From Somniosus microcephalus (Eukaryota), in assembly GCA_052327205.1 (NCBI GenBank), contig CM126207.1, positions 62,868,001 through 62,932,000 of the forward strand: a stretch of DNA of 64,000 bases, written 5' to 3'. The notes beneath the pieces were generated by a model. The model was not told where the DNA came from, did not search any database, and worked only from the letters and a program-made list of their open reading frames with translations. Position numbers and translations under genes: made by a program. Below are positions 12,452-25,451 of the stretch, piece after piece (the stretch's first letter is position 1; each line of letters opens with the position of its first letter).

Positions 12452-13391
12452 CCCTCCCCCACAGCACTAGCAAACACTCCCCCTAGGATATCGGTTCCAG
12501 CCCTGCCCAGGTGCAAACCGTCCGGTTTGAACTGGTCCCACCTCCCCCAGAACCGGTTCCAATGTCCCAGGAACTTGAATCCCTCCTCCTGGCACCATTC
12601 CTCTAGCCACGTATTCATCTGAAATATCCTTCTATTTCTACTCTGACTAGCACGTGGCACTGGTAGCGATCCTGAGATTACTACCTTTGAGGTCCTTTTT
12701 TAAAATTTATCTCCTAACTCCCTATATTCCGCTTTTAGGACCTCATCCCACTTTTTACCTATATCGTTGGTGCCTATATGCACCATGACAACTGGCTGTT
12801 CACCCTCCCCTTCCAAGATGTTCTGCAGCCGCTCGGAGACATCCTTGACCCTTGCACCAGGGAGGCAACATACCACCCTGGAGTCATGTTTGCCGCCGCA
12901 GAAACGCCTATCTATTCCCCAAAAAATGAATCCCCTATTACTATAGCTCTACCCCTCTTTTTCCTCCCATTCTGTGCAGCAGAGTCACCCCTGGTGCCAG
13001 GAAGTTGGCTGCTGCTGCCTTCCTCTGATAAGCTATCCCCCCCAACAGTACTCAAAGTGGTGTATCTGTTGGAGAGGGGGATGGCCACAGGGGACCCCTG
13101 CACTACCTGCCTGCGCCTAGTACTCTGCCTGTTGGTCACCCGTTCCCTTTCTTCCTGTCCAACCTCTACCTGCGGTGTGTCCAACTCCGTAAATGTGCTA
13201 TTCACGATGTTCTAAGCATCGTGAACGCTCCAGTATGCATCCAATCGCAGCTCCAGCGCCGCAATGCGGTCTGTCAGTAGCTGCAGCTGGATGCACTTCC
13301 TGCACATGTAGTTGTCAGGGACACAGTAAGTGTCCCTGAGTTCCCACATATCGCAGGAGGAGCATATCACGTGGCCGGGCTGTCCTGCCAT
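12442..13391 (-). pseudogene. CR1 C ORF1 (Zn finger + SGNH esterase), disrupted
   Basis: ATG at 13391 (MAGQPGHVICSSC); IGDS and DGLHL motifs; ends GLN*. Confidence 0.88.
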
Positions 13392-13628
13392 GACTTACCC
13401 TTTAATTAATTGAATTTAAATTAAATCAATCAATCCCACTAATTACACTACAGTTAACTGGTTTACCAACAGTCCCCGCTACACCAGAGAGACCTTAGAA
13501 ACTACAAACCACAGAGTTAAAGTTTAAAAAAAGAGAGAAATACTCACCAACCAATCACTTACCTGCTTCCTGGTGACGTCACACTTTGATTACTTTTTAC
13601 CTCTCTCCCCTGCTGTTGAATTGGTAAG

Positions 13629-13791
13629 CCTCGCCTCGCTGCTCACCCACAGGTCCGATGCTCTGGTCGGGCCTCGCTGCTCCTTTTATCCTCCGCCTCG
13701 CCTCGCCGCTCACACACAGGTCCGATGCTCTGGTCAGGCCTCGCTGCTCCTTTTATCCTCCGCCTCGCCTCACCGCTCACACACAGGTCCA
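13629..13791 (-). repeat. 67-bp tandem monomers (about 2.4 copies) at the CR1 C 5' end
   Basis: AGGTCC at 13651, 13718 and 13785; minus strand carries GGATAAAAGG. Confidence 0.9.
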
Positions 13792-14775
13792 CTTGTTGGG
13801 TTTTAGTCCCGCCTCCATCGACTTGTGGCCAACCCACACTATATTCCCTTGATTGACCTTGTTAAGCCCGCCCAGCAGGCTTAGCAGGCCAATTAAGGGA
13901 AAGCCAGTTACAGGTGACGTCAGCGAGTGCCGTTTCATCTGTCAAGAGCTTTTGACAGATGAAATGTCATCATTTGACAGCTCCGAGAAGCTGTCAAACA
14001 CTGACAATCTGTCTTCTAAGTTGTGTCTTTACTCAGGACTCAATTAGAAAGCCTTCTTGACCAGAAAGCAGAAGGCTGTAGCTTTTGACAGTTCAGCGGC
14101 CATTCTGCTTTCTGTGCCAGTGAGCTGAGGGACTCCCGAGACCTGAAGGGAGGAAGCCTGCAGGAAGAAGTAAAGGTAAGTAAAACTTATTAAAACACTT
14201 TACACACACCTCACACACTTACCTCTGCACACATGCACCCATCACTCACCTGCACACCGGACATCTCGGCCCCGCAGACCAACGGCCCGCCTCGCTGACC
14301 CTGGCGAGGTTCGGAGCTGTCAGGAAGCCCACACTTCAGGGCTCAAAATAGGGATTAGCCAAAAAACTGCCTGTTAACTACCTGTTAACAGGCAGTTAAT
14401 TGGCATTAATCCCCTTCCCGCTTCGAGGAGGCGGGACCCGGCACAGGTCGGCTACCCACCTCCTGGCAAGATGGCATGGAGGCAGGTTGGGATTGGGTTG
14501 GGCACCCACCCCCAAATTCTGCCATTTTCCCGGCAGTACCGCCTCCAAACCCGCCTCCCCAGGGCTGGCAAAATCCAGCCCAAAGAGTCTGCAAAGAGAC
14601 ATAGATAAGTTAAGTGAGTGGGTAAAAATTTGGCAGATGGAGTACAATGTGGGAAAATGTGAGGTTATCCACTTTGGAAGGAAAAATTAAAAAGCAAATT
14701 ATTATTTAAATAGAGTGAAACTACAAAATGCTGCAGTACAAAGGGATCGGGGGGTCCTAGTACATGAAACACAAA

Positions 14776-15594
14776 AGGGGTGATTTTCATTCAGAAGTCG
14801 GGAAGGAGGCGGGACTACAACTTTCGGGGTTGTAGTTCCGCCTCCATCGAGATGCAGCCAATCCACACGATTTTAACTTGATTGACCTTGTTGAGCCCAC
14901 CCAGCGGGCTCAGCAGGCCAATTAAGGGCCACCCGGCAACAGGTGATTCACAGACTGAAATTTCATCTGTCAAGACGTTTTGACAGATGCAATATCAGTG
15001 TTTCACAGTTGTTTGAAGCTGTCAAACACTGACAGTCTTATTCTAACCCGCGTTCTTCTACACAGACTCAGTTAGAAATCTCACCGGCACAGAAAGCTGC
15101 AGGCTGTCACTTTTGACAGATTGCAGCCAATCTGCTTTCTGTGCCGGTTAGATGATGGACTCCCGAAACCTAGAGGAAGGAAGGCTTAAAAGGTAAGTAC
15201 AGGTAATTTAAAATTCTTTACACACTTTAGACACACCAAACACACTTACCTTTGCACTCATGCATCCATCACTCACCTGAACACCGACATCTCGACCCCT
15301 CCAAGTCCTTCAACCCAACGGCCTGACTCCTCTAACTTGGCGTGGTTTGGAGCCGTCGGGAATCCCACACTTCAAGCTTTAAAATAGGGATTAGGCTAAA
15401 AACTGCCTGTTAACAGGCAGTTAATTGGCACGAATCCCTTCCCGCCTCGGGTAGGCGGGTTCCAGTGCGGGGCGGGTACCCACCTCCTTTGAAACTTACA
15501 TGGAGGCGGGTTGGGGGCGGGACCCCCGAATTCGGGACTTTAACCCCCCGCACGCCTCCAAACCGGACTCCACGGGTCAATGAAAATCGACCCC
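14776..15594. mobile_element. Non-autonomous Harbinger element (about 820 bp)
   Basis: AAA TSD; ends GGGGTGATTTTCA / TGAAAATCGACCCC; internal palindrome AACTGCCTGTTAACAGGCAGTT. Confidence 0.87.
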
Positions 15595-16283
15595 AAAAAC
15601 TTAGCATGCAGGTACACAAGTAATTAGGAAGGCTAATGGAATGTTGGCCTTTATTGCAAGGGGTATGGAGTATAAAAGTAGGGAAATTTTGATGCAACTT
15701 TACAGGGCGCTGGTGAGACCGCACCTGGAGTACTGCGCACAGTTGTGGTCTCCATATTTAAGGAAGGATATGCTTGCATTGGAGGCAGTACAGAGAAGGT
15801 TCACTGGGTTGATTACTGGGATGAAGGGGTTGACGTATGATGAAAGGTTGAGCAGGTTGTGCCTATACTCATTGGAGTTTAGAAGAATGAGAGGTGATCT
15901 TATTGAAACATATAAGATTCTGAGGGGGATTGACAGGGTGGATGCTGAGAGGATGTTTCCCCTAGTGGGGGTATCTAGAACTAGGGGGCATAGTTTCAGA
16001 ATAAAGGGTCAGCCATTTAAGACAGAGATGAGAAGGAATTTCTTCTCTCAGAGGGTCGTGAATCTTTGGAATTCTCTACCCCAGAGAGCTGTGGAGGCGG
16101 AGTTACTGAATATATTCAAGGCAGAGATTGACAGACATTTGAACTACAAGGGAGTCAAGGGGTATGGGGCTAGAGTGGGAAAGTGGTGTTGAGGATAAGG
16201 TTGGATCAGCCAAGGTCTTATTGAATGGCGGAGCAGGCTCGAGGGGCCGATTGGCCTACTCCTGCTCCTGTTTCTTATGTTCT

Positions 16284-16860
16284 TATTTACTTCCCAACCT
16301 TGGTCACCTTGCAACCACGTCTCTGTAATGGCTATTAGATCAAACCCATTTATCTCTATTTGTGCCACTAGTTTGTCTATCATGTTATGAATGCTTTGTG
16401 CATTCAGATAAAGAGGCAGTAATTTAAATTTTTTACCATTATTCCCTGCTTTGACCTTATTCTCTGCTGCACTCTTACCATTAAACTCTCTGTCAGCTTT
16501 CTGTCACACTCTGCTTATTTTTACCCAAATCGCTACATTGCTCTATTGCCTTGACCTTTCTCTTTAGATTTCTAAATTTCCCCTCATCTGACCTCTCCCC
16601 CACCCCCCTTTTTTAGTTTGAAACCCTATCTACAACCCAAGTTATTTGATTTGCCAAGACGCTGGTCCCAGCCCGGTTTAAGTGGAGCCCATCCCGACGG
16701 GACCGCTCCCTCTTTCCTCAGTACTGGTGCCAGTGCCACATGAATCGAAACCCCTTCTTCCCACACCACTCTTTGAGCCACATATTTAACTCTCTGATCT
16801 GCTTGACCCTATGCCAATTTGCACGTGGCTCAGGTAGTAATCCAGAGATTATTACCCTGT
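16284..16860 (-). mobile_element. CR1 LINE A, 5' part (ORF1 end and endonuclease start)
   Basis: ITETWLQGDQGWEVN joins exactly to IPGYVMF at 5203. Confidence 0.88.
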
Positions 16861-18029
16861 TTAGAAAGTGCTGGAGTTAAGAGAAGAAAAATATTTTGTG
16901 GCCATAAAATGTACATATTGCTTATATAACTTAATTATATTGATTTCTCTACTGAATCTGGCATTGTATCAGCAACTCAGTCTGCAAATACATTTATATT
17001 GTATGTCTTCTTTTGCAACTCCTTCTGAAGACAATGTAGCATTGCAAATTGTACTGTTGCATTGAAGAGATACTGTGGCTCTTGAAAAATGATTAAGCAA
17101 GCATTTTCTGTCTTATGAAATAAACAGACAATCTAATTACATAACTTATGCTATTATATATCAGTTGCAATGTGTTCCTTCTTATAGCAGCAAATATTCT
17201 CTTTGTTATGGCATAGAATACAGCCTACATGATCAGGAAGTGTTGGGGTGGAAGTGTAGGATTGTCTACCTCCCCATTTAAAAAAATATAACTGATAACT
17301 GACATGGAAAGATGAGGGGTGAGGGAGAGGAGGCATACCAGGGGTTGGGCTGCTATGTGTGCTGATAGTGTTGGAAAGGTAGTTCAGTTTTGTGGGAGCA
17401 GGATTCATGGGGTTTTGGAATATCAAAGGGGTGCAAAAGCCTAAAAGAATTTGAAGGGGATGTGCAGGATGTGAGAGCATCAAGAGTGTTGTTTGCGAGC
17501 ACCGGAAAGCAATACCATGGTCTGGGCGAGTATTGGCAGCACCACAGGAAGTCCTGTGATGTGGGAAAAGGTTCCTGATGTATGTGAGCACTGGGAGAAG
17601 GTTGCGGCTGTGGCAATGGCGCACGGGTGGATTGCTAGGTGTGGGAGTACTGGGAAGGGGTTGCGGAGTGTCACTGATGAAAGCACAGTGATTCACAGAT
17701 TTTCTCCTGTCAGGGGGAAAAAATAGGTGCTCGTCATGTGAGAGTGGGAGCAGTGAGAGGTGGTGGGTTGGAAGGTACCGGGTGCTCCGGAGAGGAGTGG
17801 AGAGTTGGCTGCCATGGGAGGCTGCAGCAGAGAGCGGGGGAAGCCGTATTGGAAGCCTACTTTTTGGTATCTCCAAGCTGACTGGCAGTGGACAACAGTG
17901 CTGCCTATCTTGGAGAAACAGTTAGGAGGTCTCAAAGGTAAGTAAGCAACACCTACCTATGCTTAATCACCGATTCTGTGCCTTCTGTTGTGAGGCTGTG
18001 ATTTTGCCCACCCTTCCAGTTCTAAAGAG

Positions 18030-18852
18030 GACATGCTAGATTCCCTTTCCTTCAACCTTTATTTTTGGAGGAAAAAGGGTAGCAACAGAGAGAGACCAAG
18101 GTGGAGATTCGACATCAGAGAAGAAACAGTACCCACTCTGTCCCAAATACCTCCACACTGGACTATAAAGAACAAAGCTCCCTTACCTACACTTGTCCCA
18201 GGAGTACAAAGGAAGCCATGAATGAGTTATACCACAGACTGCAAATCAAATTATAGCTCACCTCCATCATAGGCATCATAGTGCCAGTAAAGGTCACAAC
18301 CACCCTGAACTTTTATGCTCAAGCATCATTCCAAGCAGCGACTGGGAACATTAGTAACAATAATCAGCTGTACTCAGATGTATTAAACAAGTCACAGATT
18401 CCATTTTTGCTACAGCAAAATTTGATATACTTTCTCTTAGACAATTAACAGCAGCAAGTCAGGGAACCGAAGTTTTGCAGAGTAGCAGAATTTTGCATAG
18501 TCCATAGATTAGGAGTCATAGATTACACCACTTAATTATGCATGCTCCTTTGACAATTGCCACCCCCACATCAACAATAAAGGATTCCACTGGCTGAATG
18601 TCCAGCTCATTTCTGACCAGAAGCACCTCATCATGCAGTGAATGCTTGCTTTCCTGGGAGATGCTACAATGTATTCATTTTAAGACAGTCCCCCATGCTA
18701 AACTCTTTAAGCCTGAAAGGCAACTCTTTCAGTGGTTTGCAGAGATCGACTATTCCCTACAGCTACTAATCTAGCTAGAGTCTCCACGTACTACCCACTG
18801 CACAACTCTGCCCTAAAAAAGATCTCAACATGGAGGCCCCGGAGGAGGAAAG
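18030..18852 (+). pseudogene. Decayed Harbinger (HARBI1-type) transposase, continuing at about 23506-23600
   Basis: VKVTTTLNFYAQASFQAATGNI and KGFHWLNVQL remnants; acidic tail split by Gypsy 1. Confidence 0.7.
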
Positions 18853-19057
18853 TGTAGTAACCTGGGAGGTTATGAGTAACCTGATCCACCAGGTGGTGCT
18901 GTGGCAATTGCTCTCCTGAGTTAAGTCTGATCTGTACTGGTTGTACTCTTTGTTATGCTGCCTCATGGCAGAAGCTTTTATGTGCAAGGGTTGATTAAAC
19001 CATGTTACGGAGTTAACCTGTGTCTGTCTCCATCTATGGCCAGCTCAAGATACCACA
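18853..19057 (+). repeat. Gypsy 1 5' LTR
   Basis: No differences seen versus 23301-23505. Confidence 0.96.
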
Positions 19058-19207
19058 TATGGCGACGAGAATAAAGTACGGAAGAGTTTTGGAGTATTCG
19101 GAAGAGGTGCTCGGGTTGGTTAGCAAACTAGTCGGAAAAGCATGAGGCTAGGCCGCGGGAGTCGAAACGGAGTTTGATTTTTTGGCTGAAGTGACCGGAC
19201 TCCAAGG

Positions 19208-22200
19208 ATGGCAGGAACGGTAGGCTCCATGGTACCTTTTGACAGCAAGTCGCAGTCTTGGGAGGAGTATTGTGAAATACTGGGCCATTTCTTTATGGCA
19301 AACGAGGTGGACAGTGCTGAAAAGAAAAGGGCCATTTTACTGAGTTGTGTGGGAGCGCAAACCTATACACGGATGAGGAATCTGCTGAGCCCGGAGCGGC
19401 CAGGAGAAAAATCTTTTGACGAGTTGGTGAGTCTACTAAAGAATCATTTCAATCCGAAATCTAGTGAAATAGTACAGAGATGGAAATTCAATTCGAGGAT
19501 TAGGAGGCCGGAAGAAAGCGTTACTGAGTATGTGGAGGAGCTTCGGAAGCTCGCACAGGACTGCAATTTTGGAAATGCGCTCACAGTCATGTTAAGGGAC
19601 AGACTAGTATGCGGAGTTAACGACGACAGTATACAGCAAAGGTTGCTGTCAGAAGATGGATTAACGTTTGAGACAGCACTTAAAAAAGCACAAGCCATGG
19701 AGATGGCTAACAAGGACATTAAGGACTTAAACAGTATGAGCAAGGAGAAATGGAGTAAACCAGTGGGAGGAGCTGTTTTCAAGATGGAAGCTGGCGTGAA
19801 AAGTCCACCAGTCGGGGTTGGGGATTGCTACCGATGTGGCGGGACGAGCCATTATGCAAAGGACTGCAGGTTTGCAAAGACAAAGTGCCACAATTGTGGA
19901 AAAATAGGGCACTTAAAGAAAGTCTGTAAAAGGGCAGTGAGTGAGAGAAGCAGTGCTAAAGGGGCAAAGCATGCTAAAGGGGGGAGGGAGAAGTACACAA
20001 AGCGGGCAAATTACATACAAGAGGAAGAGTCTAGTGAGGATGTTTTCACTATATACAGTATAGACACTTCAAGGCCCAACGTACCCCCTCTCACTCAGTA
20101 TTTGATAGTGAACAGAGGTCAAGTAAAGTTTGAGATTGACACCGGATGTAGTGTAACCATAATGTCGCAGACTGAGTACGCCAAGCTATGGGGGAAGCAA
20201 AAGTACCAGAGCTAGGTACATGCCCCATTAGTCTCAAAACCTACACAGGACAGAAGGTGGACATTTTGGGGGCGGCCGAAGTACAAGTGGAACACAAAGG
20301 AGTCACCAAAGAGCTTACGGTGGTAGTGGTAGCAGGGTCAGGGCCAAACCTGTTAGGGCGAGGGTGGATCAGTGAGTTGAGTGTGGACTGGCAGGCAATG
20401 AATAAAATGGTGGACAGTACAGAGGCACTGCAAGAAGTGCTGATGAAGCATGAGTTAGGACGAACTGGGCACCTTAAGGGGAGCCACAGCCAAGATTCAT
20501 GTAGCCAGTGATGCCACGCCTCATTTCTTTAAACCAAGGTCGGTACCTTTTGCAATGAAAACCAAGGTTGAGGCGGAACTAGATCGCCTGCTAAAGGACA
20601 AAGTAATAGAACCAGTGAAATTTTCAGACTGGGCGGCACCAATAGTCCCGGTATTGAAGCCCGATGGTAACGTAAGGGTGTGTGGTGACTATAAGTTAAC
20701 AGTGAACAGAGTATCATCACTGGAACAGTAACCCATTCCGAGAATGGAGGACATGTTAACATCGCTCGCTGGGGGAGAAAGATTCAGCAAACTGGACATG
20801 AGTCATGCGTATCAGCAGATATTGCTAGATGAAGAATCAAAAAAGTTTGTCACGGTGAACACGCACAAGGGGCTGTTCACGTATGCCAGGTTACCATTTG
20901 GTGTCAGTTCTAGCCCAGCAATATTCCAACGGACTATGGAGGGCATTCTGCAGGGCATTCCAAAGGTGGCCGTGTACTTAGATGATATTCTGCTAACAGG
21001 AAGTGACGATCAGGATCACTTAAAAACACTGGACAAAGTGCTACAGCGGCTGGAAGAGGCGGGGCTACGCCTGAAACGGAGTAAGTGTAGTTTCATGGAG
21101 AAGGAAGTTACATTCCTGGGACATCGGGTGGATGCCACAGGCCTCCATCCATTACCAGGGAAAGTGCGGGCAGTGCAGGATGCACCGGCACCCACCTCAG
21201 TGACTGAACTGAAAGCCTATCTAGGGCTCCTGAATTATTATAACCGGTTTCTTCCAAACTTATCGATGCTGCTGGCACCCCTGCACAAACTGCTGAGAAA
21301 GGAGGAGCCATGGCGTTGGGGGCCAGAGCAAGCGAAAGCGTTTCAGCAGTCAAAGGAGCTACTTCAGTCCAGCAGGGTGTTAGTACATTACGACGAGAAG
21401 AAGGAGCTGATAATGTCCTGCGATGCATCACCCTATGGAGTGGGGGCAGTGTTGGCCCACCGCATGCCAGATGGAGCAGAAAGGCCCATCGGGTTTGTTT
21501 CACACACGCTCACAGCTGCGGAAAAGAACTATTCACAGCTTGATAAAGAGGGGTTGGCCATTATATTTGGAGTAAAGAAATTCCATAAGTACATATATGG
21601 GAGGAAGTTTGTAATCAGTACTGACCACAAGCCTCTTATTAGCTTACTGAATGAGATGAAAGCGGTGCCTCAAATGGCATCACAGAGAATAATGAGATGG
21701 GCAGTAATACTAAGAGCCTATGAATATGTGATCACGTACAGAGCCGGCAAGGAAAACGGGAACGCGGATGCTCTCAGCCGCCTGCCCCTCTCAAAATCTC
21801 CTCGCAGTACTTCCCCTGAGGAGCACGTCCTGATGCTGGATCAGGAGATCAGTCCCCTGATGACTTCAGTGCAAATCCAGGGCTGGACAGCCAAGGACCC
21901 CGTTCTGTCAAGGGTCCGTGAGTATGTGTTGAAAGGCTGGCCAGATCACTGTGAGGGACCGGAGTTCGCGCCGTACAGACAGAGACAACACGAGCTCAGT
22001 GTCCAAGATGGATGTGTGCTATGGGGAGCACGCATCATAGTCCCAGAGCGGGGACGCTCTACTTTGATGGAACAGTTGCATCAATCGCACCCAGGAATGA
22101 CTAGAATGAAAGGACTGGCTAGGAGCTGCCTGTGGTGGCCTAACTTGGATGCTGAAATTGAGTCAAAGGTAAAGTCATGCACTATATGTCAGGAACAGAG

Positions 22201-23192
22201 GAAAGCACCTGCCGGGGCACCACTCCATCCCTGGGAGTGGCCCAGCAAACCCTGGAGGAGAATTCACATAGACTATGCGGGACCTTTTATGGGCAAAATG
22301 TTTTTGGTGCTGGTTGACGCTCACTCAAAGTGGATCGACGTTTATCCAGTGAGCTCTGCAATGACTGATGCCACACTGATTTGTCTCAGGAACAGCTTCA
22401 GCACGCATGGTATTCCAGAAATGATTGTATCCGACAATGCACAGTGTTTTGTTAGTGAAGGGAGCAAAGAATTCATGGTAAGGAATGGAATCACACGTCA
22501 CCTCGGCTCCATATCACCCAGCCTCAAATGGGTTAGCCGAGCGAGCCCTGCAGACTTTTAAGGAGTTCATGAGGAAGAGCTCAGGTGACACCCTGGAGAC
22601 CAAGCTCAATAGAGCCTTGTTTAGTTATCGTATAACACCCCAAGCTACCATGGGGCTTTCTCCGGCTGAGTTGATGATGGGGAGAAAGTTGCGGTGCATG
22701 TTAGACCTGATACACCCAGATCTCAAAAGCAAGGTTGAGACAAAACAAACAAACCAAAAAGCGTACCATGACAAACATACTAAAGCTCGCCATTTCGCCA
22801 TAGGGGACTCTGTGTACACCCGGAACTTCGGTTATGGACCTAAATGGATACCAGGACTAATCCAGGACATTACAGGACCTGTGTCATACTCCGTGTTACT
22901 AGGGGATGGTCGAGGGGTTTGTCGGCATGTGGATCAGCTTTTCAGCCGGCAGCAGGGGGAACTGCCTCAGATGGAACAAAGGGCAGTAGAGGAGGCTGTT
23001 CCAGGACCCAGCACGGCTTATAAGGTGCCAGTGGACACTGGTACTGCCAGGCCACAGCGGGACAGAGTAAAACCAACATCAGAGACTACTCCAATCTCAA
23101 GTGCGAATGAATCTGAGAATCCACCACAAGTGGAATTAAGACGTTCACAAAGGATTCGCAAGCAACCAGAAAGACTTATACAAACCTGTTAA
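19208..23192 (+). pseudogene. Gypsy 1 gag-pol (2 CCHC knuckles, protease DTG, RT YLDD, RNase H, integrase), disrupted
   Basis: Pieces 19208-20215, 20188-20511, 20744-22561 and 22485-23192. Frameshifts near 20195, 20455 and 22490; stop near 20730. Confidence 0.93.
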
Positions 23193-23300
23193 ATTAGTCA
23201 GGGGTTAACCATGGTTAGAGCATACTGGTTAATTAAAACATAGTACCTAGTAAGGGTTATTGTTTAAGAATTGCATACGGCAATCTTAAGGGGGGAGGAG

Positions 23301-23505
23301 TGTAGTAACCTGGGAGGTTATGAGTAACCTGATCCACCAGGTGGTGCTGTGGCAATTGCTCTCCTGAGTTAAGTCTGATCTGTACTGGTTGTACTCTTTG
23401 TTATGCTGCCTCATGGCAGAAGCTTTTATGTGCAAGGGTTGATTAAACCATGTTACGGAGTTAACCTGTGTCTGTCTCCATCTATGGCCAGCTCAAGATA
23501 CCACA
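23301..23505 (+). repeat. Gypsy 1 3' LTR
   Basis: Direct repeat of 18853-19057, following the PPT. Confidence 0.96.
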
Positions 23506-23859
23506 GAAAGTATCCACAAGCAGCAGAGGAGCAGGAGCAGCTTGAAGAGGACATGGAGGAAAGACCATTGCCAGCTGCAGGAGATATTTATTCAATTCTC
23601 AGAGGAAGTCTTCTCTTGACTGGCACATCTGGGCTGTGCCTTAACAGTCCTGTTTACATCTTTCCTCTTCCTTCCACAAATAGGTCATCAATTACAGATC
23701 CTTTCCTGTGAGTAAGTCTCTGGTTAGTCGTTTTAGGCTGCTAGTGAGCTTAAAGGCCTAAGTTTTAGCTGAGATAGCTGTTTGAAAAACTTGTGGAAAG
23801 TGAATCTTAGGAACTTCAGCACTTTTGTCTATGCAGGAGCTTTAGCTCTTCATTCTTAA

Positions 23860-24900
23860 AAAATGGGCGTGTCGCTGGGTCTGCCATTATGACTGGAGGA
23901 GGAGGAACCTGCAACTGCTGGCACAAGAAAGCGAAGGAGGGCAGGACAAAGAATGCCTTATACCACATGGGTCTTCCACAACAGAATGCCCTACCTCAAC
24001 TTCAGTGAGGAGCAGTGCATCCGATGGCTCCACTTCACCAGGGAGGCTGTGACTGAACCACGTCCCCTGTTGCAGCAGGGCATTCACAGTATTGCCTGAG
24101 ACTGTAAAGGTCACTGTGACGCTCAATTTCTATGCCTCAGGATCATTCCAGGCTGCAACAGGTGACATCAACAACATACATCACTTTGAAGTGCACAGAT
24201 GCCCTCTTTGACAAGCGAAACCATTTCATCACCTTTCCTATGGAGGCTTCCAAACAAGAGGAGTGAGCTCTAGGCTTCGCCCGAATTGCTGGCTTCCCAC
24301 AGGCCTAGTGAATCATCGATTGCATATGTATTGTCTTATGTGCTCCGTATGAAGACCCTGGAGTATTTGTCAGTAGCAAAGGCTTTCACTGTCTGAATGA
24401 GCAGCAGGTGTGTAACTACAGGTGGTGGATTATACAGGTCTATGCCCACAGTTTCCTGGCAGTAGCTATGATGACTTTGTCCTGCGCCAGTCCTCAATCG
24501 CCCCTCTTTTCCAACCTGACCAATGGGTGTCAGGCTGGCAACTTGTGGACAAGGATTATACCCTGACCACCTGGCTCATGACTCCTGTCAGGAACCCAAG
24601 CACAGATGTTGAGGAGCGCTACAATCAAAGCCTCGCCGCAACCAAAGGTCTCATTGAGAAAACCACTGGCATTCTAAAACAGGTTGCACTGCCTGGACAG
24701 GTCTGGAAGGGTCCTTCAGAACAGCCCTCAGAGACTGCCTGAGCTGTGCATCAGCAAATCATAAATGAATGGTCCAGCTGAATTAACCTTCCCCTCCAAC
24801 GCACCAACATCCCTCCTACCATCACATCCACTCCTTATACCCAGCTGATAAATGCTCTCATCCTGAACACGAACACCAATGCAAAGAAACTGCTGTGCAA
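23860..24900 (+). pseudogene. Second decayed Harbinger transposase
   Basis: YLNFSEEQC, VKVTVTLNFYASGSFQAATGDI, FPGSSYDDFVLRQS and DKDYTLTTWLMTP remnants. Confidence 0.82.
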
Positions 24901-25451
24901 CAGCAAACATTTCACCATCCTAATTGTAGTGTATGTAACCTGTACTACCTTAAGAGGATACCTTAAAGTGATGGACTACTTTTTAATGGCTCCTGTACAT
25001 TGTAGTACCGGTGGTGACCACACCGGTATATAAACCCTGCGGAGCAAGTGTACCTCAGTTCCCGCCTTGACCCTCAATCACTAAAGACCTGTTTACTTAC
25101 TTCTGTTGTCTGTGTCCTGTTATTCATCGTAACTGCACTTGTAAACACAGACTCAACAGTGGCGACGAGTCTGATCGTACCTAGCGGCAGTTTTGCATCA
25201 CCTCTCCCAGTACTGATTCTGGGGTCCATTCCAAGGAGGATCGCACGGGAGGCCATCGAGAACCCGGTTTGGTCTTCTGGCCACTAAGTCCAACATCAGC
25301 AACAGGCAGTGATCATCCCTTCTTCGACAGCGGCGGGTAAGCCCGATCGAGCGGCACGGGGGGGAAGTCGGCCGAGTTGTCAGAGGGAGAAGGGGAGGAA
25401 AAACAAAGAGAAAGGGCGGAGGACACGACCGCAGCCGGTGTCAGGGGCCGG

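Larger units (their letters stand above)
9367..13791 (-). mobile_element. Full-length CR1 LINE C
   Basis: 5'UTR with 67-bp monomers, ORF1 13391-12442, ORF2 to 9488, 3'UTR and tail to 9367. Confidence 0.95.
9332..14581. mobile_element. Non-autonomous Harbinger element (MITE) split by CR1 C
   Basis: AAA TSD (9329-9331 / 14582-14584); ends GGGCTCGATTT / AAAATCCAGCCC. Own sequence at 9332-9366 and about 13792-14581. Confidence 0.85.
5204..16286 (+). mobile_element. Full-length CR1 LINE B (5'UTR monomers, ORF1, ORF2, TTCTTATG tail), interrupted by nested insertions
   Basis: ORF1 from 5954, endonuclease about 7080-7750, RT pieces 8639-9331, 14582-14775 and 15595-16192, 3'UTR and tail to 16286. 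Confidence 0.92.
18853..23505 (+). mobile_element. Gypsy LTR retrotransposon 1 (Mag-clade-like), complete structure
   Basis: 205-bp TG..CA LTRs, GAAAG TSD (18848-52 / 23506-10), PBS TGGCGACGAG at 19060 (tRNA-Ser type), PPT 23288-23300. Confidence 0.97.

Noticed and set aside
17154-17876. 240-aa minus-strand ORF
   Set aside because: Low-complexity Pro/His/Ser translation of probable decayed Harbinger leader; no domain or splice support.
20188-20215. Programmed gag/pol frameshift in Gypsy 1
   Set aside because: The break falls inside the protease domain and Gypsy 2 is continuous there, so it is a mutation.
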